This document shows positions 28,283 through 37,745 of a stretch of DNA of 64,000 nucleotides, piece after piece. The DNA comes from an uncultured Bacteroidales bacterium. GTDB lineage: Bacteria; Bacteroidota; Bacteroidia; Bacteroidales; ML635J-15. The DNA is taken from assembly GCA_964418565.1 (NCBI GenBank), contig CAYQMB010000002.1:1993-65992 (forward strand), read 5' to 3'. How positions within the stretch are numbered: the stretch's first letter is position 1; each line of letters opens with the position of its first letter. The translations under genes were made by a program, and so were the position numbers. Under the pieces are notes generated by a model. It was not told the DNA's origin and made no database searches. It worked only from the letters and a program-made list of their open reading frames with translations.

Positions 28283-29107
28283 ATGGAAAATAAGGAGAAA
28301 ATTGTTGTCGTAACCTGGGATTTTACTGAAGTTTCGGAAGCCGCCCTTGCCCATGCTGAGCGGTATACAAAAGAATCCGGAAGCAGGATTCATTGCCTTC
28401 ATATTTGTACTGCCAGAGATGATCAGGATGCCCTGAAAACAAAAATTCAAGAGCAACTTAAGGAAAAAAGCCTTTCCGGAGACACTCCTATTGAAGTTGT
28501 CGTGAAAGAAGGTAAGATTTATTCTTCCATTAATGCCTACACAAAAGAAGTAAAAGCAGAGCTTGTTATCATGGGGACACACGGCATGATAGGCTCACAG
28601 AAAATATTCGGCAGCAAAGCACTCAGGGTTATTGTCGGATCTGAGATTCCATTCCTTGTTGTGCAACAAAAACCTGTAAACGAATTCGAAGAAATTGTCC
28701 TGCCGTTTGACAGCAATATGGAAGGCCGTGAAAAACTTCGCTGGGTGGTATATTTTGCGGATAAATACCACCTCCGTGTACGCATGCTGAAAAAATTATC
28801 ATCCATCCGTGACGTACAAAAAACCATCAATAACAATATTGCATTTGCGAAACGGATACTGGATGAGCATAACATACCGTGGGAGCTTAATATAGAATCC
28901 AATGTCAGGGATTTTCCTGAGGAAGTTATTCGTTTTGCTGAAAAAATATCTGCCAGTATGGTGATGGTTATGACCACAAAAAATATCGGATGGACAGATT
29001 TTATGTTTGGCGCGGGCGAACAAAAAATCATAGCCAACGATGCTAAAATACCGGTAATCTGCATAAACCCCAGAGAAGATCTGAAAAAACCCACCTTGTT
29101 TAATTAA
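28283..29107 (+). CDS. Universal stress protein, tandem Usp domains
   Basis: Two UspA-like halves. The first carries 'ELVIMGTHGMIGSQKIFGSKALRVI', a near-match to the nucleotide-binding G-x2-G-x9-G-S/T motif with a spacer one residue short. Confidence 0.85.
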   Translation: MENKEKIVVVTWDFTEVSEAALAHAERYTKESGSRIHCLHICTARDDQDALKTKIQEQLKEKSLSGDTPIEVVVKEGKIYSSINAYTKEVKAELVIMGTHGMIGSQKIFGSKALRVIVGSEIPFLVVQQKPVNEFEEIVLPFDSNMEGREKLRWVVYFADKYHLRVRMLKKLSSIRDVQKTINNNIAFAKRILDEHNIPWELNIESNVRDFPEEVIRFAEKISASMVMVMTTKNIGWTDFMFGAGEQKIIANDAKIPVICINPREDLKKPTLFN

Positions 29108-29145
29108 TTTATCAAACAAGGCGTTAGTACCTGATAAACTCTTTG

Positions 29146-29153
29146 TACTTTTG
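29146..29153 (+). promoter_or_regulatory. Bacteroidota-type -7 promoter box (TACTTTTG)
   Basis: Matches TAnnTTTG 18 nt upstream of ATG 29172. Confidence 0.45.
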
Positions 29154-29171
29154 CCCTAAACAAAACAGGGA

Positions 29172-31940
29172 ATGAAGCATAAACGTGTAATAGCAATCAT
29201 TCTGACAGTTCTGATCGCAGGACTGGTCGTGTATTTTTATCCAAAAATCAACACCAAAAAAACAACCATCAGCAATAGCATTAGCCTGGTACCGGTAAAT
29301 GCGAATATGATAGTGGAAATCAGGGATTCATATGAGTTTCTGGACTTTTTTCAAACCCAACCCGCCTTCTGGGAAGATTTAATTAAGAGCAATGCCTTTT
29401 TAAGTCTTAATAAGCAAATGCTTTGGCTCGATAGCATCTCTAAAGATTATCAGGTAATCCATACCATAATGGACAGAAGCAGCCTGGTTTTTTCCATGCA
29501 TAACATTGGGAAACATAAGCTTGGCAGCCTTATTATTACTGAATTGCCTGAGGATGTAAAAGAAAAAAACCTGCTGGGAGAGTTAAGCAGCCTTTACGGA
29601 GATAAAAAGCCGGAACAGCGGATATATGAAAATCAAAAGATTTTTGATTATACTCGTCCTGATGGCTCTGATTATACCGTATGCATTGTCAATCACAATC
29701 TGTTACTTAGCACAAATTCTCTTTTGGTTGAGGATGCTATTCGCCAGAGCAAACTGGAAACTTCATTGCTTGACGACAAACCATTTAAAAAGGTATATGC
29801 CACAGCCGGGCAAAAGGAGCTTGCAAACGTTTACCTCAATCTGGCGAGGCTAAACCACTTAAGCCTACCATTCATCAGGCAGGAGCTGGAGACGCAAAAT
29901 CCATCGCTTCAGCAATATGCATCCTGGGCAGAGCTCGATCTGAGTTTGAGTGAATCACTGATCACACTAAACGGATTTGCATTTGCCAGTGACTCAAGTC
30001 AGACCTGGCTAAACCACATTGTTGACCAGTCTCCGGTAAAAGCAGATTTCCAGGAAATCCTGCCTGAAAACACTGCAATGTTTTATGCCATGAGCACCGC
30101 CAATATGAATGAATTCATTCAATACAGGAAAAGCTTTCTTGAGGAATACCATCACCCGCGTTATTATGATGAAAAAATCCAGGAATTTAACAGCAAAACC
30201 GGCAGCGATTTTGAACAATTCATCTTACAAATTACCGGAAAACAGGTGTGTTTTGCCTTAAGCAACATTAATGAGTTAAATGTTTACCAGAATGCTTACT
30301 TTCTGATGGAAACCAAGTCTGCATCCCAGGCAGAAAAGCACATCCGCGATTTCATCAATTCATATACAAACCATACCAAACAGGACGCTGCAGATTACAC
30401 CGGCACCATTTATATGGATGAAAAACACAGCTTCCCGGTATACCGCTTACCGATTACTACCTGGCCGGAGGTGTTTTTTAGCAGTATGTTCAGCAAAATC
30501 ATTCCACGGTATGTTACTATTCTGGAAAACACCCTGATTTTCGCAGCAGACAAGTCCACACTTAAACGTTTGTTAAATGAATATCTGTTAAACCGAACAA
30601 TAGCCAAAAACAAAAACTTTCAGGCATTTTCTGAAAATCTGTCGCGTGAATACCAAACCTATTTTTACCTGAACAATAACCTTGGTTTCTCCTGGCTTAA
30701 AAGCTTGTTAAACGAAACCTCAGCAAAGCAACTAACAGCAAATAAAACGATTGTACAAAAACATCAGCAAGCAGCCATCCAGCAGATTGTAAGCGATGAT
30801 ATGATCTATCACAACATTGCTGTCAGGCATCGGAATTATCAAAGTGACAAGCCCCACACTATTTGGGAGAGCAGACTGGATACCACGCTGCTCACCAAAC
30901 CCACCATTGTTGAAAATCACGAAAACGGACAAAAGGAGATTTTTATTCAGGATGCTTCCGGCAAAGCATACCTGATTAATCAAAAAGGGCATGTTTTATG
31001 GAAACTTCCTTTGGGAGCACCTATTTTGAGTGATATTTATCAAATCGACCGATACAATAACGGCAACCTGCAATATCTGTTTAACACAAAAAACAGGATA
31101 TACCTTATTGACAGGCTTGGTAACCATGTAGACAGGTTTCCGGTTAATTTGAGATCCCCTGCCAGTTGCGGACTTGCACTTTTTGATTACGACACCAATA
31201 AAGACTACCGCATATTGGTACCTGCTCAGAACAAAGTAATATACCTATACAACAAAGAGGGCAACCTGGTACCCGGCTGGGAATTTGAACAAACCGAATA
31301 CCCCCTGAATGTACCACCTCAACACATCCGTGATGGTAATAAGGATTATATTGTATTTCACGATAAGTACAGAATATATCTTTTAAACCGCCGTGGTAAA
31401 ACCCGCGTGCAACCAAATGAGCAGTTTTCAGCATCTGTAAATAACCGGTTTTATTTTGAGGAAAAATCCGGCAATCAAAAATCAGCTCTTGTGACAACAA
31501 CAACTCAGGGAACAATAATGAAAGTGTATCTAGATGATGGCGGGACAGACTCGCTTCATCTGAAAAAATTCAGTCCGGAACATCATTTCCTGTACTACGA
31601 TCTGAACTGTGATGGCGTGCACGATTATATTTACCTTGACGGGAACGAGCTGATTGCTTATGACCAGGGAAAAAACATCATCATGAATTACCGCTTTGAT
31701 AATGCTATTGAAAATGCACCTAACTTCTATCGCTTCTCTTCTAAAAATCATGAAATTGGCATTACGGATCAAACAAAAAATATGATATACCTTGTTAATG
31801 CTGAAGGAGCCCTCCATCAGGGCTTTCCCTTAATCGGACTAAGTCCTTTCAGCATAACATACCTGCATACCGGCAACACAAATTTTAATTTATTTGTTGG
31901 CGGACAAGATAGTTTTTTGTATAATTACGAAGTTAAATAA
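29172..31940 (+). CDS. Large N-terminally membrane-anchored hypothetical protein with a C-terminal beta-propeller-like repeat region
   Basis: TM anchor 'VIAIILTVLIAGLVVYFY'. The N-terminal half faintly resembles DUF3352 as I remember it ('SLVPVNANMIVEIRD'). The C-terminal ~330 aa has repeated 'YLINQKGHVLWKLP', 'IYLIDRLGNHVDRFP', 'IYLYNKEGNLVPGW' and 'IYLVNAEGALHQGFP' units, which look like FG-GAP/PQQ-type blades. Confidence 0.75.
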   Translation: MKHKRVIAIILTVLIAGLVVYFYPKINTKKTTISNSISLVPVNANMIVEIRDSYEFLDFFQTQPAFWEDLIKSNAFLSLNKQMLWLDSISKDYQVIHTIMDRSSLVFSMHNIGKHKLGSLIITELPEDVKEKNLLGELSSLYGDKKPEQRIYENQKIFDYTRPDGSDYTVCIVNHNLLLSTNSLLVEDAIRQSKLETSLLDDKPFKKVYATAGQKELANVYLNLARLNHLSLPFIRQELETQNPSLQQYASWAELDLSLSESLITLNGFAFASDSSQTWLNHIVDQSPVKADFQEILPENTAMFYAMSTANMNEFIQYRKSFLEEYHHPRYYDEKIQEFNSKTGSDFEQFILQITGKQVCFALSNINELNVYQNAYFLMETKSASQAEKHIRDFINSYTNHTKQDAADYTGTIYMDEKHSFPVYRLPITTWPEVFFSSMFSKIIPRYVTILENTLIFAADKSTLKRLLNEYLLNRTIAKNKNFQAFSENLSREYQTYFYLNNNLGFSWLKSLLNETSAKQLTANKTIVQKHQQAAIQQIVSDDMIYHNIAVRHRNYQSDKPHTIWESRLDTTLLTKPTIVENHENGQKEIFIQDASGKAYLINQKGHVLWKLPLGAPILSDIYQIDRYNNGNLQYLFNTKNRIYLIDRLGNHVDRFPVNLRSPASCGLALFDYDTNKDYRILVPAQNKVIYLYNKEGNLVPGWEFEQTEYPLNVPPQHIRDGNKDYIVFHDKYRIYLLNRRGKTRVQPNEQFSASVNNRFYFEEKSGNQKSALVTTTTQGTIMKVYLDDGGTDSLHLKKFSPEHHFLYYDLNCDGVHDYIYLDGNELIAYDQGKNIIMNYRFDNAIENAPNFYRFSSKNHEIGITDQTKNMIYLVNAEGALHQGFPLIGLSPFSITYLHTGNTNFNLFVGGQDSFLYNYEVK

Positions 31941-31948
31941 GCCTGACT

Positions 31949-33619
31949 ATGAAACATTTACGCAACATAACTTTTATTTTAAGCTTGCTTGTGACGATAT
32001 TTTTCATCCATGCATGTACAAGAGATCATTTTGATCAGGACAGAATGTCCGGTAACATTCACTGGGAACCCAGTCTTGCAGCACCCATTGCCTTTGGGGA
32101 TCTGGAAATGATAGATGCCCTGAACACCTACGACTCTGTTGGGCGATTACAAGTAAACGATGACGGCTTTCTCTCGCTGATGTATTTTGAAACAGCCGAA
32201 TCCGACACCGTATCTGAAATCATGGATATAGGAAACCAGCAACTACAGGTTGCTATGCCCAGTTCAGGCATAGACTTTACGGGTTTTAACAGCGGAGATC
32301 AAATGACTGTTGAATACGACTACAATCTTCATTTTGATTTGTTTAATCCCGATGCAGAAATAGACAGCATATGGCTCGATAACGGAACCCTCTCTCTTGC
32401 TGCCGTGTCTACATATCAACATGCTATAGAATTGAGAATCACCCTCCCTACTATCCGGAAAAACGGAACCCCTTTCAGAGATACATTAAACCTTTTACCA
32501 TACGGCGATTCTGATCAAAGCATGGATAACAGCATTGTGGGTTATCATGCCGACATGACACAAACGCCACTCGGATACAACGAAGTTCCGGTAGAGGTTG
32601 AAATGAAAATCATCCATTCCGGAGGCAACAACACCGGAGATCTGGACTTTCAGGCCGACGTGATTAATCCAGATCATGAAGCCATGTTTGGCTATTTCGG
32701 GCATAACACCCTGATCTATGAAAGTGGAAAAATTGATATTGATCTGTTTGATCCGGGCGATGAATGGGAAATTGAAGATTTTTGGTTTGAAGATCCGAAA
32801 TTTAAAGTCAATTATCGCAATTCCTACGGTATACCCACCAACTTCTATTTCGACTCTGTTATGGCTTATTCAAGCTATTATGACCAGACATACGACATTC
32901 TGGATTACGGCGCAGGCCTTCCCATGGATTCTCTGGACCCGTATAACGTTACTTACACCGATCAGTTTGGCATTTATGCTGAGGATAGCCTTGTCCTGAA
33001 CAACAACAACAGTAACATCAGTGAGGTGATACAACAGCGTCCTGCCTGGTTTAAATTCATTGCGCACGCACATACAAACCCCGGCTCTGTTGCCTCCCAT
33101 GATAATTTTGTGTGGGATGACAGCCGCTTTATAGCCGATGTGGAGGTTGAATTGCCACTTTGGGGTTATATTGACAGGTTTCATGGTATGGATACCATGG
33201 ACTTTAACCTCGAAGAAGAATTTGAAGACCCTGGTGTTATCAAGCGTCTTATGCTTCGGATTAACATCGAAAACGGTCTGCCTGCCGAAGCAGAAGCCCA
33301 GGCATATTTCCTGGATGAAAATCACATGATTATTGATTCTGTGATTAAAGATCCCGATGGCCGCATCCTGGCATCTGCTGAAGTAGACAGCGACGGTAAA
33401 GTTATAAGCAAAACCCTGAAAACTACAGACATCACTGTTACAGGTGAAATGCTTGAAAACATTATGTCAACCAAATATCTGTTGTACAGAGCCAAGGCAT
33501 CCACTACCAATGCAGCCCAGGATGAGCTGATAAAAGTTTATCCGGAATATGGTGTGGATTTCAGCGCTGCGGTAGAAGCAGATCTAGATGTTGAAGTTAA
33601 CCTTGATACCATTAATTAA
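31949..33619 (+). CDS. Hypothetical lipoprotein (556 aa)
   Basis: Lipobox 'FFIHAC'. The mature part is acidic and rich in beta-strand-forming residues. I recognise no catalytic motif. It starts 8 nt after the preceding stop. Confidence 0.75.
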   Translation: MKHLRNITFILSLLVTIFFIHACTRDHFDQDRMSGNIHWEPSLAAPIAFGDLEMIDALNTYDSVGRLQVNDDGFLSLMYFETAESDTVSEIMDIGNQQLQVAMPSSGIDFTGFNSGDQMTVEYDYNLHFDLFNPDAEIDSIWLDNGTLSLAAVSTYQHAIELRITLPTIRKNGTPFRDTLNLLPYGDSDQSMDNSIVGYHADMTQTPLGYNEVPVEVEMKIIHSGGNNTGDLDFQADVINPDHEAMFGYFGHNTLIYESGKIDIDLFDPGDEWEIEDFWFEDPKFKVNYRNSYGIPTNFYFDSVMAYSSYYDQTYDILDYGAGLPMDSLDPYNVTYTDQFGIYAEDSLVLNNNNSNISEVIQQRPAWFKFIAHAHTNPGSVASHDNFVWDDSRFIADVEVELPLWGYIDRFHGMDTMDFNLEEEFEDPGVIKRLMLRINIENGLPAEAEAQAYFLDENHMIIDSVIKDPDGRILASAEVDSDGKVISKTLKTTDITVTGEMLENIMSTKYLLYRAKASTTNAAQDELIKVYPEYGVDFSAAVEADLDVEVNLDTIN

Positions 33620-33651
33620 TTTGTTTTTTGATACGATATAAACCCATTGCC

Positions 33652-35133
33652 ATGCATACATTCAAAACATACCTGATTGTTCTGACCGGATTTCTCCTGT
33701 TTGCTGCAAATGCAAATGCCCAACAGGGACAAACCTTTTACTACATGGACAGATTAAGTCAGACAACCTACATGAATCCAAGTGTTAGCTCAGAATATGA
33801 CATCACTGTAGGAGGACTTCTACTGCCAGTGGTTGGCCAAGTGCCGCCTACGATGTATTTTAACTTCTCGTCTAACGGGTTCCAGTACGATGATTTCATT
33901 CATTTCGGAACAGGTGATTACTCCGATTCTCTGGTATATGATCCGGAAAACCTGATTGAAACCATGCGAACAACCAACCATCTTCATTTTCAGAATCATT
34001 TTGATCTGCTCCACTTTGGAATCAAAACAGAAAATGATGTTTATCTGACATTCAACATAACAGAAAAAATGGATTATGGGCTGAGCTTACCAAGAGACCT
34101 TTTTGCACTGGCATGGTACGGCAATGGATATTTTATGGAAAACAATGATAAGGTAATCCTGGATGGACTGGGCTTTCAGTTCTCTCATTACCGTGAAATT
34201 GCCGGCGGGTTTTCAACCGAAATTATGGACGGCCTGCAAATCGGCGGACGGGCAAAAATCCTCTTTGGGATGGCCAACGCACAAACCGATGTAGACGAGC
34301 TCACGCTTTACACCGACCCCGAAGATTACACCATCAATGCCAATGCAGACATGAGCATTCAGACCAACATTCCTGCCGTCGCTATGGATTATCATAATTA
34401 TGGCGATAGCGTTGACCTTGACATCATCACTCCCGATCATGTCACATTTGGAGATCCCGATGAAATGAATTATAACGAGAGTTATTACAATGCATTAAGC
34501 TACCCGTTTAATTTCAGCAATCCCGGTTTTGGAATAGACCTTGGGGCAAGCTATGAATTTCTGGGTGACTTTACAGCCTACTTCAGTGTCAATGACCTTG
34601 GATTTATTAGCTGGAACAGCAATCCGTACATCCTTTCTACCGATGGCACTTTTGCTTTCCGTGGTATAGAAGTAGACTTTTTTGCCGATGAGGAAGAGTT
34701 TAATGAAAGCCTTGAAGCCTTAGAAGATTCATTGTTAACCACCTTTGTTCCAAGCGCAGAAGACAACAATTACATTACATGGCTGCCTACAGACATCTAC
34801 CTTGGCGGAAAATACGATTTTCACGAAAAACTTGACTTTGGCGCCCTGTACAGAATGGAGTTTTACCGTAAAACGTTAATGCACAGCTTCACCCTGTCAG
34901 CCAACTCTGACATTACCAACTGGGCAAGCCTGCATGCAACCTATTCCATGATGAATAACAAATACAACAACATAGGTTTCGGGTTCACGCTCCGTGGTGC
35001 TTTCCTCCAGTATTATGTAGTTACAGACAATTTGCTTGCCCTGATGCCACAATCAACCCGCAACCTGAACATTCGCATGGGATGCAACCTGGTATTCGGA
35101 TATAAAGAAATCAAATCTGAATCACTGTTTTAA
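33652..35133 (+). CDS. Hypothetical outer-membrane beta-barrel protein with a PorP/SprF-like N-terminal motif
   Basis: Signal peptide ending 'ANANAQQ', then 'GQTFYYMDRLSQTTYMNPS', reminiscent of the PorP/SprF 'QQDPxFSQY...NPA' start. Alternating-hydrophobic strands and a terminal aromatic residue ('SESLF'). I prefer ATG 33652; the track uses TTG 33628. Confidence 0.7.
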   Translation: MHTFKTYLIVLTGFLLFAANANAQQGQTFYYMDRLSQTTYMNPSVSSEYDITVGGLLLPVVGQVPPTMYFNFSSNGFQYDDFIHFGTGDYSDSLVYDPENLIETMRTTNHLHFQNHFDLLHFGIKTENDVYLTFNITEKMDYGLSLPRDLFALAWYGNGYFMENNDKVILDGLGFQFSHYREIAGGFSTEIMDGLQIGGRAKILFGMANAQTDVDELTLYTDPEDYTINANADMSIQTNIPAVAMDYHNYGDSVDLDIITPDHVTFGDPDEMNYNESYYNALSYPFNFSNPGFGIDLGASYEFLGDFTAYFSVNDLGFISWNSNPYILSTDGTFAFRGIEVDFFADEEEFNESLEALEDSLLTTFVPSAEDNNYITWLPTDIYLGGKYDFHEKLDFGALYRMEFYRKTLMHSFTLSANSDITNWASLHATYSMMNNKYNNIGFGFTLRGAFLQYYVVTDNLLALMPQSTRNLNIRMGCNLVFGYKEIKSESLF

Positions 35134-35154
35134 ACCTGACAGACTAGGGCTGAA

Positions 35155-37188
35155 ATGATACAATCCAAAGCGCTTGAACGTAGCCTCAAGCTGATGTTTC
35201 TTATTGCAACCGTTTTACTGGTTGCAAGTGTTCCGTTCTCGTATTTTGCCACAAGCAATGCCATCATGCTACTTTCCCTGACATGGCTGATTGGCTTGTT
35301 TGTTTTTCCATACAAAAACAGGTTAAAAGCCAATCCGGAAGTATGGTTGTTTGTCATGATTTATTTACTCCATATAATATGGATCTGGAACACAAGCAAT
35401 TATGACTACGCACTGGAGGATCTGCGGAAAAAACTCCCCTTGCTTGTATTGCCCGTCATATACGCTTCCATACCCTCTTTTAACAGAACCGGCAGAGATA
35501 TCATTCTTCACATATTTTTGCTTGCAATGATTGTTTCAGGCATTTTTATTTTCCTTTCCAGAGCCGGTATCATGGGCGATGCAGGCAGCAATGCCAGAAA
35601 TTTCTCACCCTTTATAAATCACATAAGGTTAAGCCTGATGCTATCTCTGGGGATCTTTATTGCTGTCTGGTACATCAGAAAAACAAGCCGGTTGAATCAA
35701 AAACTCATCTACAGCCTGAGTGCCATTCTTTTTCTTGCGTCAATGGTCGTCCTACAGGTGCTAACAGGCCTTATCATCACATCCCTGGTCGCAATAATTC
35801 TGCTGATATTGCATTTCAGCCGGTTTAAAAACAACCTGTTAAAGCGCAGCATTTTAACAGGTTTAATTGCACTACCCCTGGCATTAGGCCTTTACCTCTA
35901 CAGCCAGATTCATGCTTTTTATATTCCTGAAGATCCTTACCCCAAAACATTTGACATAAAAACAAACCAGGGAAACCCGTATAAACACAACCTGCATTCA
36001 GAACAACTGGAAAACGGCAATTATGTATATCGCTTTGTTTCCTTTAATGAAATCGAAAATGCATGGAATGAGAGGAGCCAAATAAATTATGACTCCCAAA
36101 GCAAAAATGGTTATGAAATCAAGCACATTCTAATCCGTTTTTTAACCTCAAAAGGAGAGTTCAAAGACGCTGAAGCTGTACAGAAGCTAAGTAAACAGGA
36201 AATCCGTGCAATTGAATCCGGGTGCACCAATGTTCGTTTTTTGGACAAAAAAGGCCTGAACTCACGCCTGTATGCACTCATCTGGCAGATCCACATGTAT
36301 TATCACGGCGGAAATCCATCCGGCAAATCTTTGATTCAACGAATAGTCTACCTCGAAACCGGATGGCACATAGCCCGCGACAACTTATTGACAGGTGTAG
36401 GTACAGGCGATGTCAACGACAGCTTTATGCATCAGTATCGGGAGGATAATTCTCCACTGCAGCCTCAATACAGACGCCGCACCCATAATCAATACGTAAC
36501 AATTCTCATTGCTTTTGGCGTATTTGGGTTTTTTCTGTTCTTATTAGGCTGGTTCATGCCTGTCATAAAAAAACATGGTATGAAAAACTTTCTCTTTGCA
36601 AGTTTCTTTCTGATTGCGACTTTCAGCATGCTGAACGAGGACAGCCTGGAAACTTTAACTGGTGCTACTTTTATTTCATTGTTTTATTCACTATTTTTAT
36701 GGGGCATAAATCACAAAACTATGTTTCAGGAAAAACACATGCAAAAAGCCATTCAACTGGCGAAAGATAATATCCCCTCAGGCAATGGGCCATTTGGGGC
36801 AGTAATTGTAAAAGATGGTAAAATCATTGCAGAAGCCTCCAATTCAGTTACAAGAAACAACGATCCTACAGCTCATGCTGAGGTAAATGTAATCCGCAAA
36901 GCCAGTGAAAACCTAAAAACATTTGATCTTTCAGGCTGTGAAATTTATTCATCCTGTGAACCCTGCCCCATGTGCCTGGGAGCAATATACTGGGCTCGTC
37001 TGGATAAGCTTTATTTTGCTTCCGACAGAAAAGAAGCCGCAGAAGCCGGATTTAGCGATGAGTTTATTTACGATGAGTTAGGTAAAAACATCAGGGAACG
37101 AAGCATCCCAACACGGCAGATGATGCAAGACAACGCAAAGAGTGTTTTTACGAGCTGGAAAGACTTCGAAAATAAAATCATGTATTGA
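35155..37188 (+). CDS. O-antigen ligase-like (Wzy_C) polytopic membrane protein continuous in frame with a guanine/nucleoside deaminase module
   Basis: aa 1-522 contain multiple TM helices and 'LLTGVGTGDVNDSF...RRRTHNQYVTILIAFGVFGFFLF', the O-antigen ligase signature. aa 523-677 are a CDA-fold deaminase. No stop codon separates the two parts. Confidence 0.75.
   Translation: MIQSKALERSLKLMFLIATVLLVASVPFSYFATSNAIMLLSLTWLIGLFVFPYKNRLKANPEVWLFVMIYLLHIIWIWNTSNYDYALEDLRKKLPLLVLPVIYASIPSFNRTGRDIILHIFLLAMIVSGIFIFLSRAGIMGDAGSNARNFSPFINHIRLSLMLSLGIFIAVWYIRKTSRLNQKLIYSLSAILFLASMVVLQVLTGLIITSLVAIILLILHFSRFKNNLLKRSILTGLIALPLALGLYLYSQIHAFYIPEDPYPKTFDIKTNQGNPYKHNLHSEQLENGNYVYRFVSFNEIENAWNERSQINYDSQSKNGYEIKHILIRFLTSKGEFKDAEAVQKLSKQEIRAIESGCTNVRFLDKKGLNSRLYALIWQIHMYYHGGNPSGKSLIQRIVYLETGWHIARDNLLTGVGTGDVNDSFMHQYREDNSPLQPQYRRRTHNQYVTILIAFGVFGFFLFLLGWFMPVIKKHGMKNFLFASFFLIATFSMLNEDSLETLTGATFISLFYSLFLWGINHKTMFQEKHMQKAIQLAKDNIPSGNGPFGAVIVKDGKIIAEASNSVTRNNDPTAHAEVNVIRKASENLKTFDLSGCEIYSSCEPCPMCLGAIYWARLDKLYFASDRKEAAEAGFSDEFIYDELGKNIRERSIPTRQMMQDNAKSVFTSWKDFENKIMY
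36721..37188 (+). other. guaD: Guanine deaminase (GuaD-like, CMP/dCMP deaminase zinc-binding fold) module; possibly an independent CDS starting at ATG 36721 or 36739
   Basis: 'GPFGAVIVKDGKIIAEASNSVTRNNDPTAHAEVNVIRKA...SSCEPCPMCLGAIYWARLDKLYFA...AAEAGFSDEFIY' closely parallels my recollection of B. subtilis GuaD. Zinc ligands are H-A-E and C-P-M-C. Confidence 0.8.
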
Positions 37189-37745
37189 TGCAAATTCCCC
37201 GGAATTTTAAAAAAAACGCACTAACACTTAAAAAACCATTTTTTCGCCAGGATGTTCTGGATCTTGCCCCGGCCTTATTGGGTAAATTAATTGTCATAGA
37301 TGACGGGAATCAGCAACGTAGTTTTCGCATTACAGAAACCGAAGCCTATCGCGGGGAAGAAGACATGGCCTGCCATGCAAGAAAGGGCAGAACCAAACGT
37401 ACAGATCCCATGTACCATACCGGCGGGATACTCTATATATACCTTATATATGGCATGCACTGGATGACCAACGTTGTAGCTGGTGAAGCAAATGAGCCTC
37501 AGGCAGCCCTTATCCGAAGCCTTGATACAGTTGAAGGCCCCGGGCGAACCAGCAAAGCACTGGGCATTGACAAAGGGTTTAATTATAAAAAGCTATTTGA
37601 TTCAGACCGCATTGCATTATTGGATGACGGATTAATCCCGACATATGAAAGCCTGCCGCGGGTGGGAATTGATTACGCAGGTGACCACTGGAAAAACATT
37701 CCCTGGCGTTTTAAACTAAATCCATCTCAATTAACTGATCAATAA
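37188..37745 (+). CDS. DNA-3-methyladenine glycosylase (Mpg/AAG family)
   Basis: 'FRITETEAYRGEEDMACHARKGRTKRT', 'GILYIYLIYGMHWMTNVV' and 'ALIRSL...GPGRTSKALGI' are typical of the family. The ATG overlaps the upstream TGA (TGATG). The track starts at TTG 37185. Confidence 0.9.
   Translation: MQIPRNFKKNALTLKKPFFRQDVLDLAPALLGKLIVIDDGNQQRSFRITETEAYRGEEDMACHARKGRTKRTDPMYHTGGILYIYLIYGMHWMTNVVAGEANEPQAALIRSLDTVEGPGRTSKALGIDKGFNYKKLFDSDRIALLDDGLIPTYESLPRVGIDYAGDHWKNIPWRFKLNPSQLTDQ

Noticed and set aside
28537-29094. 185-aa ORF antisense to usp
   Set aside because: It is embedded in a well-supported Usp gene and has no motifs or independent signals.
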